Assembly: GCA_963808645.1 (NCBI GenBank)
Contig: CAWEGU010000005.1
Span: forward strand, 93,442 to 157,441
Direction: 5' to 3'
Source: an uncultured Alphaproteobacteria bacterium
GTDB taxonomy: Bacteria; Pseudomonadota; Alphaproteobacteria; Rhizobiales; Beijerinckiaceae
DNA length: 64,000 nt
The notes under the pieces were generated by a model. It did not search any database. It was not told the origin of the DNA and was given only the letters and a program-made list of their open reading frames with translations. The position numbers and the translations under genes are program-made. Shown piece by piece: positions 9,151 to 19,407 of this stretch. Each line of letters opens with the position of its first letter. Position 1 is the first letter of the stretch.

Positions 9151-10507
9151 CACCCCAGCCAATGTGGCCGATTTTGTCGAAGCGTGCACGAAGCGAGGGG
9201 CGCGGGAAGGAGTTTCCCTCGATGACTTCCACGCGTACATGCCGCTACACTCCTACATCTTCACGCCGTCCCGCGAAATGTGGCCGTCAACAAGCGTCAA
9301 TGGACGAATTCCGCCGGTTCCTCTTTTGGATAAAACAGGGAACCCAAGGCTCGACAATGCTGGTAATCAAAAAACAATGCCGGCCGCTGCTTGGCTCGAT
9401 AAGAATAGGCCAGTGGAACAAATGACCTGGGCGCCGGGCGAGCCCATGCTGATTTCGAATCGCCTCATTTCGGACGGCGGATGGATCGAGCGAGCGGGCG
9501 TTACCTGCTTCAATCTCTATCGGCCGCCGACAATCAAGCTGGGCAACGCGACCGAAGTCGGGCCGTGGCTCTCACATGCCGAAAGCGTTTTTCCAGACCA
9601 TGCGAGCCACATCATCAAATGGCTTGCCCACCGGGTGCAATGCCCACAAGAGAAAATCAATCACGCGCTCGTTTTGGGCGGCAATCAAGGCATCGGCAAA
9701 GACACATTGTTAGAGCCGGTAAAACGGGCGATCGGTCCGTGGAATTTCGCCGAGGTTTCCCCAACGCAGATAATGGGTCGCTTCAATGGTTTTCTGAAAT
9801 CCGTCATCCTGCGCGTGAGCGAAGCGCGCGACCTTGGCGACGTCGACCGCTTTCAATTCTATGATCACATGAAGGCTTACACGGCCGCGCCGCCGGACGT
9901 GCTGCGTGTCGATGAAAAACATTTACGCGAGCATTCCATGTTCAATTGCTGTGGCGTCATCATCACATCAAACCACAAGACCGACGGCATTTATCTGCCG
10001 GACGACGACCGCCGCCATTTCGTGGCCTGGTCCGATCTCGCAAAGGAAGAATTCGCGCCGGCGTATTGGAACGGGTTGTGGGAATGGTACGCGCGCGGCG
10101 GCTATGGCCACGTCGCGGCCTATCTCGCCAAGCTCGATCTATCGGCGTTTGACCCGAAAGCGCCCCCGCCGAAGACCCCTGCTTTCTGGGATATCGTGGA
10201 CGCCAACCGCGCACCCGAGGACGCGGAACTAGCGGACGTGCTCGACAGCATGGGAAACCCAAACGCCACAACCCTGAGCCGGATTACCGCCGCGGCAACC
10301 GGCGACATCATGGCGTGGCTCAGCGACCGCAAAAACCGACGCGCTATACCGCACCGCCTCGAAAAATGCGGCTATGTCCCGGTCCGCAATGGCGACGCCA
10401 AAGATGCATTTTGGAAAATCCGGGGCGCGCGACAAGTCGTTTACGGCAAGAGCGCCATCTCAATCAGCGACCGCTTCCGCGCCGCACGCAAGCTCACAGA
10501 AGGATAG
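9143..10507 (+). CDS. Primase-associated SF3/D5-like helicase (DUF5906-type NTPase)
   Basis: Walker A GNQGIGKDT; IITSNH...DDRR motif; ATG at 9143 overlaps the Prim-Pol stop. Confidence 0.8.
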   Translation: MDDTPANVADFVEACTKRGAREGVSLDDFHAYMPLHSYIFTPSREMWPSTSVNGRIPPVPLLDKTGNPRLDNAGNQKTMPAAAWLDKNRPVEQMTWAPGEPMLISNRLISDGGWIERAGVTCFNLYRPPTIKLGNATEVGPWLSHAESVFPDHASHIIKWLAHRVQCPQEKINHALVLGGNQGIGKDTLLEPVKRAIGPWNFAEVSPTQIMGRFNGFLKSVILRVSEARDLGDVDRFQFYDHMKAYTAAPPDVLRVDEKHLREHSMFNCCGVIITSNHKTDGIYLPDDDRRHFVAWSDLAKEEFAPAYWNGLWEWYARGGYGHVAAYLAKLDLSAFDPKAPPPKTPAFWDIVDANRAPEDAELADVLDSMGNPNATTLSRITAAATGDIMAWLSDRKNRRAIPHRLEKCGYVPVRNGDAKDAFWKIRGARQVVYGKSAISISDRFRAARKLTEG

Positions 10508-10589
10508 GTGAAATCACTGTAGTCACTGAAAAACCTATTATCATTCTATACCGTATCCATAACTGTTTAGCTTTAGTCTGTATAATCGC

Positions 10590-10764
10590 AAAGCGTCACG
10601 CGCGCGTAGTGCGCGCGTAGTGATAAAGCGTCACGCGCGCGTAGTGCGCGCGTAGTGATAAAGCGTCACGCGCGCGTAGTGCGCGCGTAGTGATAAAGCG
10701 TCACGCGCGCGTAGTGCGCGCGTAGTGATAAAGCGTCACGCGCGCGTAGTGCGCGCGTAGTGAT
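10590..10764. repeat. Perfect 5 x 35-bp tandem repeat (putative replication origin)
   Basis: Unit AAAGCGTCACGCGCGCGTAGTGCGCGCGTAGTGAT at 10590, 10625, 10660, 10695 and 10730, with no spacers. Confidence 0.95.
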
Positions 10765-10885
10765 AGTGAGAATTTCAGTGACTTCACTGATTTCACTGCC
10801 CGGAAACTCCAGCCAAGAAAATTGAAAATGAACTGCTAAGCTTACCACACATTTTTTCGTGCGCCAGCACTGCCGCTAAAACAGT

Positions 10886-10945
10886 CATGCCATAGGTTCC
10901 TATGGCATGTTTAGCTTAAGGTTACACGTGATCTTCAATCACGTG
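10886..10945. repeat. Two inverted repeats before the terS-like gene
   Basis: CATGCCATAGG-TT-CCTATGGCATG (10886-10909) and CACGTGAT-CTTCA-ATCACGTG (10925-10945). Confidence 0.8.
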
Positions 10946-11036
10946 CTCTAAAATAATAAACCAATGTTAATCAGTGTTATGTGCGTTACTTGCCGCGCCC
11001 CTTGACATTCAGGGCAACGTTAGGGCTACTTTGAGT

Positions 11037-11438
11037 ATGGAAACAGCCGCAGAAACTATCGCGCCGGTCGCTTCGCGATCGTCAAGGCTTCGAAGCAGGT
11101 TGAGCAACGGAAGCAAGCTACTCCCGATGACTGACGGCCGTTCGGCCACGGCTCGCCGGTTCAAGGATCTTGTCGAGGATATCGCCATGGACCTCGGCGG
11201 CCGGGACCGCCTGTCGGAAGGGCAGCGCCAGCTTATCCGCAGGGCCGCCATGCTGTCCGCTGAATGCGAGCGCCTAGAGGCCATGTCCGCCAGGGGCGAA
11301 GCCGGGTTCGATATCGAACTTTACGGCCAAATTTGCGACCGGCTCGGCAGGCTGTTCGGACGGCTCGGCCTTGAGCGCAAGTCCCGCGACGTGACACCGT
11401 CGTTGCAGAGCTACCTACAGGCAAAGGCGGCGCCATGA
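11037..11438 (+). CDS. Small helical protein, putative terminase small subunit
   Basis: 133-aa ORF just upstream of terL. The TerS role is inferred from position and size only. Confidence 0.45.
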   Translation: METAAETIAPVASRSSRLRSRLSNGSKLLPMTDGRSATARRFKDLVEDIAMDLGGRDRLSEGQRQLIRRAAMLSAECERLEAMSARGEAGFDIELYGQICDRLGRLFGRLGLERKSRDVTPSLQSYLQAKAAP

Positions 11439-11653
11439 CACGAGGAATCCCCAAGAAACGCGCCAATACCGAGCAGCTACGCAAGAAGTGCCTCCGGGCT
11501 TCGGGGGTATGGCTAACGGCGGATAAGGCGCCGGCGCTCTCGGCCGTCTGTGGGCCGCGCTGAGCCTTTGCCGCCAGCCCACTATCCGGCAAAGCGTGTC
11601 CAGCTTGGCAAGCGTCAGGCTCCAAGGGGCGCTGGCGGCGAGGGCGCTGGCGC

Positions 11654-13117
11654 ATGAACATTCTCGCCGCGCTCGACGATCGCAACTTGCTTGGCGCCTC
11701 GATCCGCGACGCGGAGTCCTGGAAGCCTTGGCGGGCGTTGCTGGCGGCTGCTTTCGGCCTGGAGCTATCTGCGGACGAATTAGCGCTTTATCGCCAGTGT
11801 ACGGGCCGCGCTGTGGCGCCTAGCGCGCCTGCCGCATATTTGTGGCTTGTGATCGGGCGCCGCGGTGGCAAATCGTTTGCTATGGCATTGATCACCGTGT
11901 TTCTCGCGGTGTTCCGGGACTGGCGCCCAAAGCTATCGCCGGGCGAACGAGCGATTGTGTTGTTGGTGGCGGCCGATCGCGAACAGGCGAAGATATTGCA
12001 TCGGTACTGCCAAGGAATTCTCAGTCCGTCGATTTTGCAAAGCCTAGTTTTGAACATCACGGCAAGTGAGATCGAGTTAAAGGGCGGCGTAACGATTGAA
12101 GTTGTGACGCGCTCCTATCGCACAGTTCGCGGGCGTTCGGTTTGCGTTGCGGTTTTGGACGAGCTTGCTTTCTGGCGTGATGATGACAGCGCGAATCCCG
12201 ATAGCGAAGTTTTGAATGCCGTGCGCGCCAGCATGGCGACGTTCGGTTCCGATGCGATGGTGATTGCGGGCAGCTCGCCCTACGCGCGCCGCGGCGTGTT
12301 GTGGGATGCATTTAGGCGCTGGTTTGGCAAGGACGGCTCGCGGAATCTTGTTTGGCGGGCGCCGACGCGGGTTATGAACCCGACGATATCGCAAGACTTC
12401 ATCGATGCTGAATTTGAGCGCGATCCGGCATCGGCCAATGCCGAGTATGGTGCCGAGTTTCGTTCCGACGTTCAGGAATTTGTCAGCATGGACGTGCTTG
12501 AGGCATGCACCGCCGATGGCGTGTTTGAGCTGCCCCCAATATCCGGCGCGAGTTATGTCGCTTTCGTCGATCCGAGCGGCGGCAGTTCCGACAGCATGAC
12601 GCTTGCGATTGCGCATCGGGACAAGTTTGGGTATGGAATATTAGACGCTATTCGCGAATGCAGGCCGCCATTTTCGCCTGAAAATGTGGTTGAAGAATTT
12701 TGCAACACGCTAAAGCAATATCACATTACCAAGGTTACGGGCGATCGCTATGCGGGCGAGTGGGCGCGTGAGCCATTCAGAAAGCGCAATGTCACATACG
12801 AGCTAAGCGAGAAGCCGAAAAGCGACATATATCGCGATATATTGCCGCTATTGAATTCCCGAAAGGTTCAACTTCTCGACGATCGCCGGTTGATATCGCA
12901 ATTGCATGGCCTTGAGCGCCGGACGGCTCGCGGTGGCAAGGATTCGATTGATCACTGTCCGGGGGCGCATGACGATGTTGCGAATGCGGTTGCCGGAGCG
13001 CTTGTGCTAGCGTCTGGCCGGGTGCCTCTCGTCATAACCGATAGCGTGCTTGCCTGGTCGCGCAGTTCGACGCCGGCAATGCAACGCACATTTCATAGCT
13101 TTGAGGGGGGATATTGA
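11654..13117 (+). CDS. terL: Terminase large subunit-like protein
   Basis: Walker A GRRGGKS, Walker B VAVLDELAFW, coupling motif GSSP, RNase-H-like VDPSGGSSD and HDDVANA. Confidence 0.85.
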   Translation: MNILAALDDRNLLGASIRDAESWKPWRALLAAAFGLELSADELALYRQCTGRAVAPSAPAAYLWLVIGRRGGKSFAMALITVFLAVFRDWRPKLSPGERAIVLLVAADREQAKILHRYCQGILSPSILQSLVLNITASEIELKGGVTIEVVTRSYRTVRGRSVCVAVLDELAFWRDDDSANPDSEVLNAVRASMATFGSDAMVIAGSSPYARRGVLWDAFRRWFGKDGSRNLVWRAPTRVMNPTISQDFIDAEFERDPASANAEYGAEFRSDVQEFVSMDVLEACTADGVFELPPISGASYVAFVDPSGGSSDSMTLAIAHRDKFGYGILDAIRECRPPFSPENVVEEFCNTLKQYHITKVTGDRYAGEWAREPFRKRNVTYELSEKPKSDIYRDILPLLNSRKVQLLDDRRLISQLHGLERRTARGGKDSIDHCPGAHDDVANAVAGALVLASGRVPLVITDSVLAWSRSSTPAMQRTFHSFEGGY

Positions 13118-13330
13118 TGAGCAGACAACCCCCGTACCTTGCGATGGATGGCGTTTTAATTGACCGGCCGCAGCCGGGGTGCGTCGTCGGCAAATTCCGA
13201 GACAACATTAGCAACACAACCAAAAATGGAACATCGAAAATGAAAACAATGTCAAATTCTGACGCTGCCACTTATGGGAGCATGTTCGTCAAAAACCGCG
13301 CTGCTGCAAATCGGTTTTTGGGCTAAGTGC

Positions 13331-13678
13331 ATGGGGCAGGATGCTGCGATGGATGATGAAACCACCGCGCGAATCAAGGAATTTTTGAGCGACAAGTTAA
13401 GCGACAAAGACCACACGAAACTCTGCTCCATGCTCGCGGGCGATGTCGAGGCGCAAGATACCGAACCGCCGCCGGGTGGGGCAGAGCCGCCAGCGAAATT
13501 TAGGGGCGCGGCTGAAGACTCGATGGCTGATTTCCTTCGGCGATTTCCCGCCGCCGCGAGAATAAGGATTGATAATTCTGGAATCCAGCCCCCCGCGCGC
13601 GCCGCAAGTTATTCGGCGAATCCTGCCAGCGTTGCTGTGCGCTCGCGATCATCTGCAGATCGCTTGTCGCCGAACTGA
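13331..13678 (+). CDS. Hypothetical protein, 3' end replaced at the trbJ junction
   Basis: ORF after terL runs into antisense trbJ sequence near 13620. Confidence 0.35.
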   Translation: MGQDAAMDDETTARIKEFLSDKLSDKDHTKLCSMLAGDVEAQDTEPPPGGAEPPAKFRGAAEDSMADFLRRFPAAARIRIDNSGIQPPARAASYSANPASVAVRSRSSADRLSPN

Positions 13679-14039
13679 TCGCGACAGGGTAGCGTTGCGA
13701 GTACGCCTGATTCATGGACTGCACATTGTAAGTGATACCATTGGCTTGTTTCAGCAGGTTCTGGATCTGCGAATAGTCCCGCTCGACGTCTTTCAGTACC
13801 GTCGTCGGCAGCTGTTCGAGCTGTTTCGCTTGATTGATCAGCATCTGCGCCTGGTTCTGCAGGCTTGTGATCTGATTCTGGATCTGCTGCAGGGAGCGAG
13901 CGGCGGTCAGCAAATTCTGACTGTAGTTCGAAGGGTCAAAGACAAGCATTTGGGCACGCACGGGCTCGACGACAGCCATCGCGAGGATCATCGCAAGGAG
14001 TGGGGCGACCACGGCGACATGAGTTTTGTGGGACATCAC
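13620..14039 (-). pseudogene. trbJ: Conjugal transfer protein TrbJ, 3'-truncated
   Basis: Signal peptide, VFDPSNYSQNLLTAARSLQQIQNQITSLQNQAQML; similarity ends after QQRWQD. Confidence 0.85.
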
Positions 14040-16249
14040 AATACCTCTGGAGTCATGCTGGGGAGAAGATCGGCGGCCCAGGCAACACCCTTGGCAGCCA
14101 GCCAGGCGGACGCGAAGTTCTCACGGCCGGCGGTGGCGAGAGCGACGGCAATGGCGGCCTGGTCAGATTTTGAGGATGCGGCGGTCAAAGCGAGCGCAAC
14201 CTCGCCCAGTCCGAGTTCGAATAGACGGTTACCGCGCCGGGACTGGCAGTAGTAATCGCGCTTGGGGGTGGCGCGGCTGATGATCTCGATCTGCCCGTCG
14301 TTCAATCCGAACCGCCGATAGATGGCGGTGATCTGCGGCTCGATCGCCCGCTCATTGGGGAGAATATTCGAGTCGGGCAGCTTTCGATGAGGGCGGGTGC
14401 GATCGCGCTCGTCTCGATATCGGCGAGCGATTGCGTGGCGAAGATGACCGACGCATTCTTTTTGCGCAGTGTCTTCAGCCACTCCCGAAGTTGTTGTGCG
14501 AAACCCGTGTCGTCGAGCGCGAGCCAGCCTTCATCGATGATAAGAAGCGTCGGCCGTCCGTCGAGCCGGACTTCGATCCGATGAAAGAGATAGGCGAGAA
14601 CAGCCGGCGCCGCGCCCCTGCCGATGAGGCCTTCCGTCTCGAATACCTGAATGTCGGCCGCACCAAGCCGCTCGGCTTCGGCGTCAAGCAGCCTGCCAAA
14701 GGGGCCGCCGAGACAATAGGGTTGAAGCGCCTGTTTCAGGGCGTTGGATTGCAACAGTACCGACAGGCCGGTGAGCGTGCGCTCCGAGGCCGGAGCCGAA
14801 GCCAAAGAGGTAACGGGGGACCAGATGTGCTCCTTGGCGTCCGGGGTAATTGTAATGCCTTCCCGGGCAAGGAGGGCTTCGACCCATTCAGCGGCCCAGG
14901 CCTCTTCGACATAATTCGTCGATCCGTGCGAGCGGCTGCAGAGCCACGGGTTCTTGCGCATCCTCCGAAAGTGCGCCGCCCAGATCATGCCAGTCGCCGC
15001 CCATGGCGAGCGCCGCTGCCCGGATAGAGCAGCCGAAATCGAAGGCAAAAATCTGCGCGCCAACATAGCGGCGAAACTGCAGGGCGGTCAGCGCCAACAG
15101 CACGCTTTTTCCCGCGCCGGTCGGCCCGACGATCAAGCAAGGAGCCGAGCCACGCCTCGATCGCATTCACCGTCTCATGGATGCAGGTGAAATCGCGGCC
15201 CTCTAAGACCTTCTCGACAAGCCGGAGCTTTTCGTTGGTCGTGCCGGCATCTTCATCCCAGACGGTCACCGTGGCGGTGACATAGGCCTGACCGATCTCG
15301 TCCGATCCCAACTCCTGCAAGGCCAAATCCGCGTCGGCAGCCTTGTTGGCGGCGTCCGTGTCGAGCAGCGTCGAGGCCTCGTTGGTCATCACCTCCTTCA
15401 GGATCGCGGCGATCGATTTGCGCTTGGCGAACCATTGCCGGCGGATTTTTGTGAGCAGCCTTGTCGCATCGGTCTTGTCGAGCATGATCGCCCGGGTCGA
15501 CCAGCGATAGGGAAAAGCCAGGCGATTGAGTTCCCGGGAAAGGTCGTGGTCGGGAACCCAATGATGGTCAGGGTTCGCAGATAATGCGCGCCAAGCCTCG
15601 GCTCGAGCCCGCCGGTTAGCGGCTGATCCGCCAGAAGCGCGTCGAGATAGATGGGCGTCTCGGGCAGGCGCACGCGATGGCGCTTTGTCGAGACGCAGGC
15701 ATGGAGATAAGTGAGCGTCTCCTCGTCATCGAGCCAGATGGCTTCGGGGACAAAGCCTTCGATGAGCTGCAGGATTCGCTCGGCGCGATCGGCAAAGCTC
15801 TTGAGAAGCTCTTTGCCGTCGACGCCTTCGCGCGATTTTCCCTCGTAGAGCCAGCCCTCCGCACGGGAAGAATCCTCGGCCGGTGGCATCCAGACGAAAG
15901 TCAAATAATAGAAGTTCTCGAAATGCGCACCCTCTTCCTCGAATTGTTGGCGGCGCTCATAGTCAACGAGCGCGGAGACGGGTTCCGGAAATTGGCTTCG
16001 TGGATAGTTTTGGGCCGGAACCCGGCTCGCTTCGACGAAAATCGCCCAGCCGCTCCCCAACCGGCGCAAGGCGTTGTTCAGCCGCGCCGTGGTGCCGACG
16101 AGTTCGGCCGGCGTGGCACCGCGAAACCGCGCCGTCTGCTGAAACGAGCCATCCTTGTTGAGCACGATCCCCGGCGCGATCAGAGCGACCCAGGGCAGAA
16201 AATCGGCGAGGCGTTGCGGCTTCTTGCGATATTCGGCGAGATTCAGCAT
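14036..16249 (-). pseudogene. trbE: TrbE/VirB4 ATPase, frameshifted with an internal deletion
   Basis: Pieces in several frames: MLNLAEYRK, RRQWFAKRKS, IEAWLGSL joined directly to LIVGPTGAGKSVLL, LIIDEGW, WLKTLRKKNASVIFATQSLAD. Confidence 0.9.
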
Positions 16250-16532
16250 CGGTTCCCGCCCCGAAATGCGATGGGTAGCGCAGATGGCGGCGCACCACGT
16301 CGACGAATTGCGCATCGCGTTTCGCGGCCCAGACGGCCGCCGCATGGCCGATCGCCCAGATGAAAAGGCCAGGAATCCAAAGCCGCAGGCCTAGGCCGAC
16401 CGCGGCTGCCAGCGTGCCATTGGCGATCGCGACCGCGCGCGGCGCGCCGCCGAGCAGGATCGGCTCGGTCAACGCCCTGTGGACGGGCGCGTCGAAACCA
16501 GCCAGGGGTTCATAGGACAAGATTCCGCCCAT
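16250..16532 (-). CDS. trbD: TrbD/VirB3 (stop codon apparently lost)
   Basis: FDAPVHRALTEPILLGGAPRAVAIANGTLAAAVGLGLRLW. Confidence 0.8.
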
Positions 16533-16873
16533 CAGATGAGCGCCCCGCCGCCGAATGAAAAGAACGTCAGGAAAAAGCTCGACGCGGCGAAAGCGATCGA
16601 CAGGCCGAAGATGATCTGGATGAGCCGGCGGAAACCGCCCGACGTGTCGCCGAAGGCGAGCGTCAGGCCGGTCGTGATGATAATGATCACCGCGACGATT
16701 TTCGCGACCGGCCCTGCGACCGATTGCAGCACCTGCTGCAGCGGCTGCTCCCAGGGCATATTCGAACCAGCGGCATGCGCCGAACTCGTCGCCAGCAAAG
16801 GCATCGAGACAGACAGCAGCGTGGTGAAAACGATTTGGGTACAGTCGCAATGCGAGAGGAAAGGCTTGTTCAT
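16532..16873 (-). CDS. trbC: TrbC/VirB2 pilin
   Basis: AHAAGSNMPWEQPLQQVLQSVAGPVAK...LAFGDTSGGFRRLIQIIFGLSIAF. Confidence 0.9.
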   Translation of the reverse strand: MNKPFLSHCDCTQIVFTTLLSVSMPLLATSSAHAAGSNMPWEQPLQQVLQSVAGPVAKIVAVIIIITTGLTLAFGDTSGGFRRLIQIIFGLSIAFAASSFFLTFFSFGGGALI

Positions 16874-17855
16874 ACGGGATCTCCAAGGGAAGCGAGCTTG
16901 GTTATTGTGACGAGGCGATAGTCACCACGCTTATCGAGGCCTTCAACAGTGGCGAGCGCGATGAGGCGGCGTTGGCCGCCACGTCCGGCCAGGACCGCAA
17001 TGACATTGATCGTCTCAGCGATCAGCGCGCGGGGAACGGTTACCACGGCTTCCTGGATGAGCTGTTCGAGACGCCGGAGCGCGCCGAGCGCGGACCCCGC
17101 ATGGATCGTCCCGATCCCGCCGGGATGTCCGGTGCCCCAGGCTTTGAGAAGATCGAGTGCTTCGGCTCCCCGCACTTCGCCGATCGGAATGCAGTCGGGA
17201 CGCAATCGCAACGAGGAGCGGACGAGATCGGAAAGCGACGTCACACCGTCCTTGGTGCGCAAAGCGACGAGATTTGGCGCCTGGCATTGAAGCTCGCGCG
17301 TATCTTCAATCAGGATCACACGGTCGGATGTCTTCGCCACCTCGGCGAGCAACGCATTGACGAGGGTCGTCTTGCCGGTCGAGGTTCCACCTGCGACAAG
17401 CACATTTCGGCGTTTCTCGACCGAGAGCCGCAAGATTGTCGCCTGTTCGGCCAGCATGATGCCGGCGGCGACGTAATCCTCCAGCGTGAAGATGGCGACC
17501 GCTGGCTTGCGGATGGCGAAGGCCGGAGCCGCGACGATCGGCGGAAGCAGGCCTTCGAACCGCTCGCCTGTTTCGGGCAGTTCAGCAGAAACGCGCGGGC
17601 TACCGGGATGGACTTCGGCGCCGACATGATGCGCGACGAGGCGAATAATTCGTTCGCCGTCGGCTGGCGCCAGGCACTCGCCCGTGTCCGCCAGACCATC
17701 CGTCAGCCGGTCGATCCAGATGCGCCATCCGGATTGAGCATGACCTCGATGACGCCAGGGTCTTCAAGCCATGTGGCGATCGCGGGTCCAAGCGCCGTGC
17801 GCAGCATGCGCGCGCCGCGCGTGAATGCTTCCGAACGAAGAGAATGTGCCCCCAT
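16870..17855 (-). pseudogene. trbB: TrbB/VirB11 ATPase, frameshifted
   Basis: MLRTALGPAIA N-terminus, GGTSTGKTT Walker A, IEDTRE, LRLRPD, TGHPGGIGTIHA; split across frames. Confidence 0.88.
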
Positions 17856-18189
17856 GGCTGCCCCCGCGTGTCACAGGCGCGAGATGCGACCCATGAACGG
17901 GGATCATTAGAAGAGGTAGGAACTCGGACTATGCAACAAGCTTGAAAGTGTCGTAGCGCTCTGGCGCGGAAAAACAGGCAATCGGCGAACTCTATTATGC
18001 CATTAAATGGCATCTCTCCGGTCGTTATCGACAGCGAGACGATCAAGGTCTCTCACACGGTCCGTGATCCCGGTACTTGCCCATCGGCAGAGCTGCGCGG
18101 CGCTACGGTGGGGTGCATCCATGGCGTCTGCTCTTGTCGACGCCTTGGCGGAGTCGCGGACTGTTTCAGCAGCCGTTGCCGGCGGCCTA

Positions 18190-19407
18190 TCAGGAAAGAC
18201 CCCGTGGGAACAATGCCCAGGTATGGCGGGCGATCTGCTCGTCTTCCTGCGAGGCGAGAACGAGCACCGAGCAGCGCGATACGGGATTGTTGATGGGATT
18301 GTTCGCGGACCGGTTCCGAGCTTCATCAAGGCTGAGTCCGATCCAGGACAAGCCGCCGCAAATCGCGGCGCGAGCTTCCTCATCGTTTTCTCCAATGCCG
18401 CCGGTGAAGACGATTAAGTCAACTCCATCAAGCGCGGCGATCATCGCGGCCACCTGCTTCCGCACGGAATAACAGAACAATTGAATGGCAAGCCGTGCAT
18501 CGGCATTTGACGGCGCGGCTTCATGCAGATGCCGCATATCGCTGCCAACGCCCGAAATTCCCAGAAGGCCGGAACGGCGATCGACCAGCTCTTCAAGCAT
18601 GGCCGCATCGAACCTCTTTTGACGCATCAGATAAACCAGAACACCGGGATCGAGGTCGCCGCTGCGCGTGCCCATGATCACCCCGCCGGTGGGCGTCAAT
18701 CCCATGCTGGTGTCGATCGATTTGCCGCGTTTGACCGCGGTGACGCTTGCGCCGTTGCCGAGATGGGCGATTATCAGGCGGTTCGGCAAACCGTTCCCAA
18801 GCTGGTGCACGATCGATTCGCACGAAAGGCCGTGAAACCCGTAGCGTTGGATACCTTCCAATTGCAACTCCTTGGGGATCGGAAGGACGCGTGCGACCTC
18901 CGCCAATTCGGCATGAAAGGTGGTGTCGAAACAAGCCACCTGCGGAAGTCCCGGAAAATGCTCTTGCGCGAAGCGGATGACTGCCAGAGCCGATGGAATA
19001 TGCAGCGGCGCGAAGGCGGTGGCGGCTTCAAGTTGGCGTAGGACAAAACCATCAATGAGGCAATGCTGCCGGAGCTTCGGTCCGCCATGCACGATTCGAT
19101 GTCCGATGGCGGCTGGTGCCGGCGATTTGGAGTCGGCAAGAAGTCTTCCGATGCGGATGATCGCTTCCCGTTGGCTGGGAATGAATACCGTCTCGGAGAG
19201 CAATGCATTTCCGCGCGAATCCTGCGCATAGAATTTGCCTTTCTCGTCGCCGATCGACTGAGCCTCGCCGGAGATCTGCGTTTCGGCCCGTGAAGAGCCG
19301 ACGAGGTACAATCCGAATTTGAGCGAGGAAGAGCCGCTGTTCAGCGCGAGCACGTTCAGCCCTGGCTCGGCGTCTTTCATGCCGTGTCCCGGCTGAAACA
19401 CGCTCAC
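18190..19407 (-). CDS. ackA: Acetate kinase
   Basis: [47 protein letters not shown]. Confidence 0.93.
   Translation of the reverse strand: MSVFQPGHGMKDAEPGLNVLALNSGSSSLKFGLYLVGSSRAETQISGEAQSIGDEKGKFYAQDSRGNALLSETVFIPSQREAIIRIGRLLADSKSPAPAAIGHRIVHGGPKLRQHCLIDGFVLRQLEAATAFAPLHIPSALAVIRFAQEHFPGLPQVACFDTTFHAELAEVARVLPIPKELQLEGIQRYGFHGLSCESIVHQLGNGLPNRLIIAHLGNGASVTAVKRGKSIDTSMGLTPTGGVIMGTRSGDLDPGVLVYLMRQKRFDAAMLEELVDRRSGLLGISGVGSDMRHLHEAAPSNADARLAIQLFCYSVRKQVAAMIAALDGVDLIVFTGGIGENDEEARAAICGGLSWIGLSLDEARNRSANNPINNPVSRCSVLVLASQEDEQIARHTWALFPRGLS

Larger units (their letters stand above)
5051..13620 (+). mobile_element. Phage-satellite-like integrative element, right end truncated
   Basis: att, int, alpA, Hjc-like, Prim-Pol, helicase, repeat array, terS-like and terL are co-oriented, often with overlapping stop/start codons. 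Confidence 0.75.

Noticed and set aside
10590-10764. CRISPR array (35-bp repeats)
   Set aside because: Units are contiguous with no unique spacers, and no cas genes are present.
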